In this document: piece by piece, positions 26,732 through 35,501 of the stretch
Layout of the letters: each line of letters opens with the position of its first letter
Numbering within the stretch: position 1 is the stretch's first letter
IMG/VR virus record: IMGVR_UViG_3300042465_005116
Span: 1-64,000 of that record
Strand: one strand, 5' to 3'
Source: a virus
Taxonomy: Duplodnaviria; Caudoviricetes
DNA: 64,000 nucleotides
Made by a program: the position numbers and the translations under genes
Notes under the pieces: model-generated
What the model was told of the DNA's origin: nothing
Seen by the model: the letters and a program-made list of their open reading frames with translations, nothing else
The model's database searches: none

Positions 26732-28291
26732 TTATTTGCTTAAAAGGAACAATGCTTCTTCAGCTTCTTGTTGATTTTTAATCTTTGGGTCTTTATACAT
26801 ATCTACTTTATATCCTCTTAACGCATTTGATAAGAATATCATATACTTAGGATGTCCTAATTTTTCTTCTAATGTAGAAAGTGAATCATAGAATGATTGT
26901 TCATTTCCTTTATTCATTTTTTCTGCTGCTTTGAATTCTTCTTTATGTTTATCAATATATGATGCAGTTGAATCTTTATATCCATATGCTGCTTCTTTAT
27001 TTATTTTTTTACCTGCAGCCACTGCATCTTTATATGCATCCGAATTTTTATGTGCCGGTGCTTCGCCTCTAGCTTTTTTAGCTCGGATATTTGCCCAAAG
27101 ACCAGGTTTTTCTTCTTTTATAGATTCTTTGAATAGATTTGTAATTATTCCACCTGAAACGTAATCAGGTAACATTTTTTCTAAATCTTTATGGGATACT
27201 TTACCCATTTTTTCAACTTTATCTGCGAAAGCCTTAGTTGATTGATTTTTTCTCATTTTATTTGCAATGAGTTTTGCATCAACTTTTTTATCAGAAACTT
27301 CTTCGTTTACGGATTCTGTTTCTAATTCATTTGCAGGTACTTCAATTGAATAGTATTGGCCAATATCTACGATATAAAATGGAGAACCGGGTGTTTTACC
27401 ATCAAAACGAACAATTTTACCAGATTTACCGCCACGAAGTTTTACTTTTGTTCCTGGTTTTAAAATTGGTTTTGCTTCTTCGTTTACTTTACCACAATCA
27501 ACACAATTAGTTTTAGATTCTTCTAATGGCCATTGTTTCAACCACTTTAACCACTCTTTAGTATTCCAATCGTTTCTTTGTCTTGCATCTACTTTCCAGT
27601 ATTTTGCAAATACATCTTTTAATTCTGATTTGTAATTAGCAAAACCGGGTATTTTAGATGTAATGTTTACAAATTCATTTGCACTAGCGTAATGTTCCAT
27701 TGAGTTAGATAACATATCTACTAATGCTAACATTGCTTTATCATTACCTAACGCTTCGTTTACTGATTCATTCTTTGGAACACAATTAGGAACTTGAGCA
27801 CCACCTTTACCTGGTTTCATTCCTATCATCTCATATCCTTTCCAACATGGGTCTTTCTCCCCACCTTGTAATTTACCATCTTCTCTCAATCCCAAACGTT
27901 CTCTCATTTGTTCTTCAGAAATTTCACCAATTTTATAGTAACGAGATAGGATATGTCCCATATCTTCGTATAATCCATGTAATCTTTGGTCTAAGTTCTT
28001 TGCTTCTATTGCAACTTGGTCGAATGATTTACCTAATTTGGTTAATTCATTCATATTACGTTTAACAGTATGTGCATCAAACCAATCATCTGCTTCGTTT
28101 ACCGCCAATTCTCTAGCTGCATCGGTAATGCCACCTAAAGTTTCTGCTATCTCAGTAATATCTGATTTTCTATCCATCATTTCTTGATACTTGTTGTATG
28201 TAGAAACGATTTCTAAGAAATGTTTTTTTACTTCGTTAGAAAATCTTTTTGGTTCTTCACCTTCTTTAACTATCTTTGATAAACGTATCAT
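26732..28291 (-). CDS. Modular head-associated protein (putative cleavable polyprotein)
   Basis: MIRLSKIVKE leader; domains separated by ESVNEA, KVNEE, ESVNEE, ESIKEE and INKEA; includes CWKGY..VPNCVP, KOW-like and GLWANIRAK modules. Confidence 0.75.
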   Translation of the reverse strand: MIRLSKIVKEGEEPKRFSNEVKKHFLEIVSTYNKYQEMMDRKSDITEIAETLGGITDAARELAVNEADDWFDAHTVKRNMNELTKLGKSFDQVAIEAKNLDQRLHGLYEDMGHILSRYYKIGEISEEQMRERLGLREDGKLQGGEKDPCWKGYEMIGMKPGKGGAQVPNCVPKNESVNEALGNDKAMLALVDMLSNSMEHYASANEFVNITSKIPGFANYKSELKDVFAKYWKVDARQRNDWNTKEWLKWLKQWPLEESKTNCVDCGKVNEEAKPILKPGTKVKLRGGKSGKIVRFDGKTPGSPFYIVDIGQYYSIEVPANELETESVNEEVSDKKVDAKLIANKMRKNQSTKAFADKVEKMGKVSHKDLEKMLPDYVSGGIITNLFKESIKEEKPGLWANIRAKKARGEAPAHKNSDAYKDAVAAGKKINKEAAYGYKDSTASYIDKHKEEFKAAEKMNKGNEQSFYDSLSTLEEKLGHPKYMIFLSNALRGYKVDMYKDPKIKNQQEAEEALFLLSK

Positions 28292-28301
28292 TTATTATCT
28301 C

Positions 28302-29573
28302 CTATTTTACTAATTTTGCTAATTTTATTGATTCTGATTTAAATGGATTAAATAATCCTCTATTATTTACTTCCTTTTCAGTAGATGGTGCAACTTTTGC
28401 ATTTTGTTGGTGTTTGTTCTTTATTGGATTATATTTTTCCAATTCATCAACATTAACATTACCATCTGCATCGGTCTTAACCTCACCCGATTTATCATCA
28501 CCCATTCTTACAATACCAACTGTCTTAGTTCTTTTGTTATAAACTAAATCATCTTTTTTGAATTTACCTTCCTTTACCATTTTAGTTAAAGAAATTCTAC
28601 CTTCATTCTTTTTAACTGGCTCATATCCCCTGTCAACTTTATCTTTTTTCTTAGCATCAGAGTCTTGTACACCCGGTTCATTTGGTTCATTATCATCAAA
28701 ATCTATTGTATCCTTTTCAGCAGGAGTTCCCATTTGTTTACCATACATAGATGTAACATGATGTTGATTAAAATCTTGTTCTGCTTCACTATCTTCAGTA
28801 TTAGAAAGACCTGTATTAAAATGTTTAGGTTCGTCTTCATTAACCATTTTGGTCAAAGAAATTCTACCTTCATTCTTCATATATGGTTTATTATCAAATA
28901 CTGATTGAATTAAATCCGCTTCTTTATGAAATCCATTCATCCTTAATGTAAATGCTATACCATCTGCTGCATCGACTCCGTCCCATCCTGATGCTTGTGA
29001 TACATCCGTACCATAATCATCAATCTCACCAGTTCCGTTCATATAAACCGAACCATCTGCCGAATTCTTACGAATATCATCCATTTTCTCTTTATACTTA
29101 GGGTCTTTGATTGATGGGTATTCAGGTTTCTTTGCAAACTCAGGTTTCCCTTCAATTGCTGCCACTAATTCTCTTGCTTCACTATGGAAGTTTGAATCAG
29201 TTAGTGCAGAAACTGCTGCTTGAAACATTGCTTCTTTATATTTTTCATTACCCAACTTTTGTGGAGTAATTCCTGATTTCTCAGCTAATTTCTTAGCATC
29301 TTTATTTACTTTTGGATTACCTGGTCTTTTCTTTTTAGGTTCTGATGTTGGTGTATCAGCTTTAGGTTCTTCTGCAGGAGTATTAAATATATTTGCAGTT
29401 GGTGTAGATGCCTTTTTAGAAGTATCACCCCCTTTACCATCTGCTTTTGAGTGAGTTCCTGCTTTGATTGCAGAATCTCTACTATCCTTTGATTTGAACA
29501 CCGATGTTTTACCGGTCTTCTTATTAGTAGCAGTAAACGTTTCTTCGTTAAGTAAATTATTTAATTTAATCAT
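28302..29573 (-). CDS. Modular head-associated protein (putative cleavable polyprotein)
   Basis: MIKLNNLLNE leader; internal NEGRISLTKMV(N/K)E twice; ends ESIKLAKLVK. Confidence 0.75.
   Translation of the reverse strand: MIKLNNLLNEETFTATNKKTGKTSVFKSKDSRDSAIKAGTHSKADGKGGDTSKKASTPTANIFNTPAEEPKADTPTSEPKKKRPGNPKVNKDAKKLAEKSGITPQKLGNEKYKEAMFQAAVSALTDSNFHSEARELVAAIEGKPEFAKKPEYPSIKDPKYKEKMDDIRKNSADGSVYMNGTGEIDDYGTDVSQASGWDGVDAADGIAFTLRMNGFHKEADLIQSVFDNKPYMKNEGRISLTKMVNEDEPKHFNTGLSNTEDSEAEQDFNQHHVTSMYGKQMGTPAEKDTIDFDDNEPNEPGVQDSDAKKKDKVDRGYEPVKKNEGRISLTKMVKEGKFKKDDLVYNKRTKTVGIVRMGDDKSGEVKTDADGNVNVDELEKYNPIKNKHQQNAKVAPSTEKEVNNRGLFNPFKSESIKLAKLVK
28576..28877. repeat. Two 35-bp direct repeats encoding KNEGRISLTKMV
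   Basis: 28576-28610 versus 28843-28877, 2 mismatches. Confidence 0.9.
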
Positions 29574-29592
29574 TAGTTGATGTTCCTATATT

Positions 29593-30033
29593 TTAAAATC
29601 CTATTGAGACCGTTTTGTTGTCAAATTCTATCCAACGTATTTTTAGTGAAATTAATAATTTCAAATCACTAACATCCATTCTCCAATTTTTTTCTGCCAT
29701 TTCAATATCAGCGATATTACCATGAATACCATCCCAAATTGTAATAACTTTACCATTAAAGAATTTTAAGAATTGTTGTACTTGTTTTTGTTTAGCAGCA
29801 TCTAATTCTTTTAATTCAATTTCCGATGCTTCTTTAATTACCCTTTTAGTTTCAGTTAATACAGTTTTATGTGTATAAAGGTCTAACTTACCATCGGCTT
29901 TAATCTTAACCTCATAGTTAGTCTTACGAATATCGTTATGACCACCCTTAAAAGGTGTATCACCAACTTCTTTCTTAATACTACCCATTTCTATTTTGTT
30001 ATCTCTTAGATAATCTTGTATTGAAAATGCCAT
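29593..30033 (-). CDS. Hypothetical head-region protein
   Basis: 146 aa; internal VLTE/VIKEA possible cleavage site; AGGA upstream. Confidence 0.65.
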   Translation of the reverse strand: MAFSIQDYLRDNKIEMGSIKKEVGDTPFKGGHNDIRKTNYEVKIKADGKLDLYTHKTVLTETKRVIKEASEIELKELDAAKQKQVQQFLKFFNGKVITIWDGIHGNIADIEMAEKNWRMDVSDLKLLISLKIRWIEFDNKTVSIGF

Positions 30034-30043
30034 ATTGTATCCT

Positions 30044-30643
30044 TTATGCTAATTCAGTAATGATTTCTCTCATAAGGTCTTGTGCCTTACAATACTCACC
30101 ACAAACTATAGCTTGTTCTTTTAATTGTCTATTTACTGATTCGTTCATCGTAACCGGTGTCATAAATGCACCATGTGTAGATGGGTTAGAAACAAAATCC
30201 CAACCAATCAGTTCAAAATCATCACCCACTTTTACTTTACCTTCGCCAATGTTAACTACCGAACCCATACCACGAGAGGAAATACCCAAAAGGATACCTG
30301 CTCTTAATAATTCTTTTAAGATGTTACCGGATGGAGTTGGTAAAATTTCTACTGTCCCACAAAGGTCATCACCTTCCCAATGAATTTCTTTTACGTTATG
30401 TGAAACATTCTTTAAATTGATAATACCAGAATCTGGGTGGTCTAATTCCCCTAATGCACGTCTTTCTTTAATAAGAACTTCGTATTTCTTTGCTTCACGC
30501 ATTAGGATTTCTTTAGGGTATATACGACCATTTTGGTTTTCTGCAACCGCTCTTTGAAGAATACCTTTAACTAAGGTTCTACCACTTGAATCTTCATTCA
30601 ATTTTCCTTCAAATAATGTTGTTTCTATTAATAAATTTTTCAT
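30044..30643 (-). CDS. gp21: Prohead core protease (T4 gp21-like, peptidase S77/U9 type)
   Basis: NQNGRIYP, ALGELDHP (catalytic His), LGISSRGMGS (catalytic Ser) and WDFVSNPS. Start MKNLLIE at 30643 overlaps the upstream TAA (TAATG). Confidence 0.95.
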   Translation of the reverse strand: MKNLLIETTLFEGKLNEDSSGRTLVKGILQRAVAENQNGRIYPKEILMREAKKYEVLIKERRALGELDHPDSGIINLKNVSHNVKEIHWEGDDLCGTVEILPTPSGNILKELLRAGILLGISSRGMGSVVNIGEGKVKVGDDFELIGWDFVSNPSTHGAFMTPVTMNESVNRQLKEQAIVCGEYCKAQDLMREIITELA

Positions 30644-30819
30644 TATGCTCCCCAAGTTTTTCTCTTTTTAAAGAGGTCAAAAAATATTGCAGATACTTCT
30701 CTACGAATGATATCACGAATAAGTTTTTCATCCTCAGTTGTGATTTCTTCTTTGACGATACCCCATTTTACTTTGGTTATCTCTTCGTTAATGATATCTA
30801 ACAATCTTTTTCGTGTCAT
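30643..30819 (-). CDS. Small 58-aa head-region protein missed by the ORF track
   Basis: MTRKRLLDIINEEITKVKWGIVKEEITTEDEKLIRDIIRREVSAIFFDLFKKRKTWGA*. Fills the gap exactly, and its stop overlaps the protease ATG. Confidence 0.75.
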   Translation of the reverse strand: MTRKRLLDIINEEITKVKWGIVKEEITTEDEKLIRDIIRREVSAIFFDLFKKRKTWGA

Positions 30820-30821
30820 TG

Positions 30822-31280
30822 TTATTTTTTCTTTACTGATTCTACTATATGTAGAACAAAATCACCATTACCATTTGATTTTACTACTTTATATTCCTTT
30901 TTCTTACCACCGGAATTAATAGTAATTTTTTCACCCACTTTAAGTGCGTTTTTATCACCAGTTTTTAATATAGCAGGTCCATCGTAATCTTCGTTTACTT
31001 TTTTACCAGCTCTTAAATCTGCTAAATCATCACTACCGATATCACCATCTTTATCAACATCTAATTTCTTTTGACCGCCCACTAATTCTTCATTCTTCTC
31101 GCCCTTACCATTCCATGCTGCATCAATTTTATCAAAGAATGCTTTCTTTTCTTCATCTGACATAGATGGAATTGATTTTCCAGCTTTATCTAATGCTTTT
31201 TGAAAGAATTCCTGATATTCATTTTCTTCAGTCATTACTCCTTTGATGATTTCTTTTAATCTTGTACGTGATATTTTCAT
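30822..31280 (-). CDS. Modular head-associated protein
   Basis: MKISRTRLKEIIKGVMTEE leader; GGQKKLDVDKDGDIGSDDL (EF-hand-like) and a KOW-like module separated by KNEE/VNED. Confidence 0.7.
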   Translation of the reverse strand: MKISRTRLKEIIKGVMTEENEYQEFFQKALDKAGKSIPSMSDEEKKAFFDKIDAAWNGKGEKNEELVGGQKKLDVDKDGDIGSDDLADLRAGKKVNEDYDGPAILKTGDKNALKVGEKITINSGGKKKEYKVVKSNGNGDFVLHIVESVKKK

Positions 31281-32779
31281 TATTTTTCTATCTCCTGTAT
31301 TGTTTTCGCTATGTTGATTAATCGTTCCTTTATCTTATAAATATGTCCGTGCGTTCTTTTCCAAAATGTATCGGAACTCAATTCATTCATAGTCTTAATT
31401 TGATTATACCAACGGAAAAAAGTTTCAACCTCTTTTAATTGATATTTTAATTCTCTCAAACCAGTCGCTAACTTCTTATTAGCATGCATTGATTCATCAT
31501 TTTTTAATTCTAACCAACGATTTACCGGTCTTTGAATTCGTTTTCCCTCTGATAAACTCTCATCCATATGTTCCAAACCATATTTCATAATAGTTTTATC
31601 ATCTAACATCTTACCATTAAGAGTAAACATACGTTTACCTTTATAATAAACTGACCAATTACCTTGTGGGGTTGCATCGACAGTGATATTCTTTAAATCC
31701 TTTATACTTCTATCATTAACTTGAATAGCATCTAAGAATTTTTCTGCTTTAGGGTCTAATGCTTCGTTTACTGATTCATTTGTTGATACAAATAATCTTA
31801 CTGAAAGAATTACATCTTTATCTATATTTAAACTTCTTACTTTATTTTTTTCTAAATCGTAAGCCGGATTGATTGTATTTGCTCTTGCAATTACACCATC
31901 TTTAATAAAATGTGGCTGTAATCCAGAGTAGTTATCATCTCTAAACATAAAAACATCTTTAGGAGAATCCTTAGATATTTTAATTATTTTCTTTAAACCT
32001 TCTTTACCAATAAAGCATCCACCTTCACATTTACTTCCACCATAAGTTTTACCTTTTTGTAATGATGCTTCGTTTACTGATTCAAATAATGCTCTGTCTC
32101 CACTAATATCCTGTTTATCAAAATATGCTATTTTCTTTTTACCTTTTTCTATTTGATATACCTTCCATCCTTTGTTGGTTGGTTCAATTAGTTCTATCTC
32201 AATATTTGGATTATGTTTATGAGTAAGTTTATCTCCTGATTTATTTGCTTCGTTTACTGATTCTTTTAGTTTACTTACATAATCTGCTACAACATCATTA
32301 ACTGTCTTTTGTATCAATTGTAAGTATTTTGGGTCATCTTCGGTTCGTACTCTTACAGCGGTTTTACCCTGTTGTGTTAATTTTAATGCTACCTTTCCAT
32401 TAGCATGTGTTAAATTATAATGCCTAACATCTAATGTATAGTTTTTAAGTTTTTCTGCCATTTTTAAACCAACAGATACATCTGCATGACCTAATTTTTG
32501 TTGTGGTAAACTCGATGCGGGGGTTGTACTAATAATATAATCCGGTGATTTGAATTTTGCTTCATTTACCGATTCATCAATATTATTAATATCATTATTT
32601 ACTAATGTATAACCGAATTGTGTTGCAGTTTTTTTTCTTTTTTTATCAGAATTTTTACCAGAAAAGGCATGAGGAGTATCATAGCCATCAACATTACCTG
32701 TCACATTGGCTTCATCTAATTCATCTTCGACTTCCTTAATAAGTTCGTCTATAAAAGATTTAATATTTTTTTCTGACAT
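31280..32779 (-). CDS. Modular head-associated protein with four ESVNEA-delimited inserts
   Basis: ESVNEA at 32559, 32247, 32067 and 31761, plus ESLSEG near 31550. Confidence 0.8.
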   Translation of the reverse strand: MSEKNIKSFIDELIKEVEDELDEANVTGNVDGYDTPHAFSGKNSDKKRKKTATQFGYTLVNNDINNIDESVNEAKFKSPDYIISTTPASSLPQQKLGHADVSVGLKMAEKLKNYTLDVRHYNLTHANGKVALKLTQQGKTAVRVRTEDDPKYLQLIQKTVNDVVADYVSKLKESVNEANKSGDKLTHKHNPNIEIELIEPTNKGWKVYQIEKGKKKIAYFDKQDISGDRALFESVNEASLQKGKTYGGSKCEGGCFIGKEGLKKIIKISKDSPKDVFMFRDDNYSGLQPHFIKDGVIARANTINPAYDLEKNKVRSLNIDKDVILSVRLFVSTNESVNEALDPKAEKFLDAIQVNDRSIKDLKNITVDATPQGNWSVYYKGKRMFTLNGKMLDDKTIMKYGLEHMDESLSEGKRIQRPVNRWLELKNDESMHANKKLATGLRELKYQLKEVETFFRWYNQIKTMNELSSDTFWKRTHGHIYKIKERLINIAKTIQEIEK

Positions 32780-33629
32780 TGGTTATTTCCTTTATTAATT
32801 CATATGATAGCATCAACGCTGAAACCTGTTCATCCGTAATTTTTTTTCCTATCTTTTGTGTTTTTAAAACATTGATAGTTTCTTTTAATTTAATTTTTGT
32901 GATTTTATCATTAACTTCGGAATGTAATTTGTGAAGTTCAGTTACTACTTTCTTTAATTGTGAATCGTAGTATTCACCGAATTTAGATGTATTATTAACA
33001 TTATTAATAAATTCTCTTAAAAGACCTTTTTGGTCGTCGTTTAAGTTAGTGTATTTACTATTAAATGTTTCAACTAGTATTTTATATGTCAACAATCTCA
33101 AATCCTTTTCTTGATTCTTATATGTTTCCATTAATTTATCTTCAATCTTCTTAATAGATGTTTGGGTTGTAGATACGTGTTCTACTAATGTAATCTTAGC
33201 ATCAAATACATCCTTAACATTAGTTACATCTTGTATCTTTGCTTCAAAAATCTTATGAACCGATGCTAATACTCTATAATTAGAAACAGGAGAAGCAACA
33301 AATTCTTCAATATCGAAATTTTCTTTAATAGCTTTTACTAAGTTATACTTTTCTCTTAATAATTTAGTTTCATCTAATTTAGTACGAGTTTCGATAATAG
33401 CATCAATAAATTTTTCTGCTTTACTTTCTGAATTATATTTTTCAGTTGTAAGTAAATTGAATAAACGCAATTCCTTTGCTAATTCGGTTTTACCACCAAA
33501 AAATTCTTGTACTATTTTTTTAGCCTTCTCAACTGGAGCATTATTTAAAATCTCCAATGTGATTTGACGAGTTAAGAGTTCAAATAAAAACCCTGTATTT
33601 TTAAATTTCGAATGTTTAATTTTTTTCAT
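32760..33629 (-). CDS. Hypothetical head-assembly protein downstream of portal
   Basis: 289-aa helical protein (KHSKFKNTGFLFELLTRQIT) located between portal and protease. Confidence 0.7.
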   Translation of the reverse strand: MKKIKHSKFKNTGFLFELLTRQITLEILNNAPVEKAKKIVQEFFGGKTELAKELRLFNLLTTEKYNSESKAEKFIDAIIETRTKLDETKLLREKYNLVKAIKENFDIEEFVASPVSNYRVLASVHKIFEAKIQDVTNVKDVFDAKITLVEHVSTTQTSIKKIEDKLMETYKNQEKDLRLLTYKILVETFNSKYTNLNDDQKGLLREFINNVNNTSKFGEYYDSQLKKVVTELHKLHSEVNDKITKIKLKETINVLKTQKIGKKITDEQVSALMLSYELIKEITNVRKKY

Positions 33630-33671
33630 TGTATTTTAAATCCTTATTTTGATAGACTCAAATTTCTATAT

Positions 33672-33679
33672 ATAAATAT
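33672..33679 (-). promoter_or_regulatory. Putative late promoter motif
   Basis: ATATTTAT 42 nt before the ATG at 33629. Confidence 0.5.
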
Positions 33680-33697
33680 AAAAAATTCTAAGTTAGA

Positions 33698-35428
33698 TTA
33701 ATTTTCCGTATCATCGATAATATTAGTTTCATCTAACATATCTTTAGTTTCGTGTAAATATTTCTTTTTTGATGAAATCCCATTGATGTAATTCATTGCT
33801 TTTGTTTCAGATGTTCTACTTCTCTTTGAAGTTCTCTCATCATCACCTAATGGGTCTCTTCCATAAGGATGTTTGTCTTTACCATAAGTATTACCTTCGC
33901 GGGGTCTACCACCTTTATCCTTCAATTCTGTTTTAAGATTTTCTAAACTTTCTTCAACATCATTTTGTTTTGGAGGGTTTGCAGGGTCATTACCATCGTT
34001 TTCTATTGAGTTATAACGGAATGTATCTTTTAAATCCTCAACCACTTTACCTCTTTGTTCAGTTTGTTCTGTTTCTGATAATTTAAATATATTTTCATAT
34101 ATCCAATCTTTAGATAACATCTTTAAACTTTGCATATCAGTTGCTAAACGGATTTTCTCACTCCATAAGTTTACTTTCTCTTGTTCGTAGATTGTAGATG
34201 GGTTAACTAATCCAATTTCAAAATTAGTCATTTCAGAATCTTGAATACCATTACCATATAAGTGGATAACTGCTATTTTAGATAATTCTGAAGTAATTGT
34301 TCGTTGGATTCTTTCGATTGTTCTTGCAAAACGTACATCTTCTGCTGCTAGGGTTGCTTTACCATTTACATTTTCATCATATCCCAAATATGCTTTAGGA
34401 ATTTTTAATGCTGCAAATAATTTAGCTTTTAAGTAATCAATATCTTCAATTGAAGCGTATTCTAATCCTGCTAAGTTTTCAATAGCAGTTCCACTATCAC
34501 CACCTCTTACTGGTAGATAAAAATCTTCCGTAAGGTTTTGCATATTATACTTTAAATTGTAATCACCACTTGTCTTATCTAAGAATGGAACTTTTTTCAT
34601 CTTATTGATAATCTTTTGCATGTAGTTATCAACTTCCGTTGGTGGAATATTACCAATATCAATTTTGAACACTCTTTTTTCAGGTGCTCTCATAATACGA
34701 TGGATTAACATAGCATCTTCCATTAGGGATAATTGTTTCCACAACCTTCTACCATTCTCAATCATTGATTTACCATAAGGTAACCAGTTTGTATCTGATA
34801 ATAAACGGAAATGTGCCATTTCAAAATTATCATACTCTACTTTACCGATTGGGTCTTCTTGTACTTTGAATTTAACAAGTGAAGTATTCTCAGGGTCATG
34901 TCCTTCTATTCTTTCAGTATTGTATTGTGAGTGTGGAGTAACGTTTACTATACCTTTACCTTCAGCAATCTCAAGTCCTAAAAAGAAATCACCATATTTA
35001 CACATATTACGTGTCCACGGCCATAAGTTAAATTCAACATTAAGAATATCATAGAAAAGGTTTTCTAATAATTCTTGTACTCTTTGATTATCTGAACGTA
35101 TTGTTAAAATATCACCAAATTCATTTTTAAGTGTAGATTCATCAGCGTAAATATCTAATGCAGATGCTATAATTGGGTCTTGGTCCATTGCATCAAAATC
35201 TCTAAATACTTCTCTACGAACTTGAGCGTATGCCATTGATTGTGCACCACCCGCTTGTTCATAAAAAGATTTTTGTATTTTTGTGTATCTATCTTTTAGT
35301 GAAGATAGATTTGTTTGTTGTTTTTCATCCGCATCAAAAACTTTTCGTTTTCCACTAGCATCGACAGTAACTATCGCCTTTGTTGAGAAAAGTTTTTTTA
35401 ACCGATTGAAAAATGTAGTATCTGCCAT
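33698..35428 (-). CDS. gp20: Portal protein (T4 gp20-like)
   Basis: LMEDAMLIHRIMRAPEKRVFKIDIGNIP, EDFYLPVRGG, LFAALKIPKAYL and EDVRFARTIERIQ. Confidence 0.97.
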   Translation of the reverse strand: MADTTFFNRLKKLFSTKAIVTVDASGKRKVFDADEKQQTNLSSLKDRYTKIQKSFYEQAGGAQSMAYAQVRREVFRDFDAMDQDPIIASALDIYADESTLKNEFGDILTIRSDNQRVQELLENLFYDILNVEFNLWPWTRNMCKYGDFFLGLEIAEGKGIVNVTPHSQYNTERIEGHDPENTSLVKFKVQEDPIGKVEYDNFEMAHFRLLSDTNWLPYGKSMIENGRRLWKQLSLMEDAMLIHRIMRAPEKRVFKIDIGNIPPTEVDNYMQKIINKMKKVPFLDKTSGDYNLKYNMQNLTEDFYLPVRGGDSGTAIENLAGLEYASIEDIDYLKAKLFAALKIPKAYLGYDENVNGKATLAAEDVRFARTIERIQRTITSELSKIAVIHLYGNGIQDSEMTNFEIGLVNPSTIYEQEKVNLWSEKIRLATDMQSLKMLSKDWIYENIFKLSETEQTEQRGKVVEDLKDTFRYNSIENDGNDPANPPKQNDVEESLENLKTELKDKGGRPREGNTYGKDKHPYGRDPLGDDERTSKRSRTSETKAMNYINGISSKKKYLHETKDMLDETNIIDDTEN

Positions 35429-35483
35429 ATTTTATTTTTTATATTAAAATTATATTATTTAATAGTGCATCTTATTATACACT

Positions 35484-35491
35484 ATAAATAT
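35484..35491 (-). promoter_or_regulatory. Putative late promoter motif
   Basis: ATATTTAT 55 nt before the portal ATG. Confidence 0.5.
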
Positions 35492-35501
35492 GTTGAATTT
35501 T

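Larger units (their letters stand above)
27753..32263. repeat. Dispersed exact 17-bp repeat GCTTCGTTTACTGATTC (encodes E-S-V-N-E-A on the minus strand)
   Basis: Exact copies at 27753, 31761, 32067 and 32247; variants at 27301, 32559 and 39327. The related 18-mer TTCTTCTTTTATAGATTC (ESIKEE) is at 27110 and 42149. Confidence 0.92.

Noticed and set aside
21172-30655. ORF-track N-terminal extensions (starts at 21219, 21675 and 30655)
   Set aside because: They run through promoter or upstream-gene sequence. Downstream ATGs at 21171, 21642 and 30643 have SD or coupling support.
22530-32263. Possible CRISPR array from the 58-bp or 17-bp repeats
   Set aside because: Spacing is irregular and long, the 17-mers are in-frame coding linkers, the 58-mers are promoters, and no cas genes are present.
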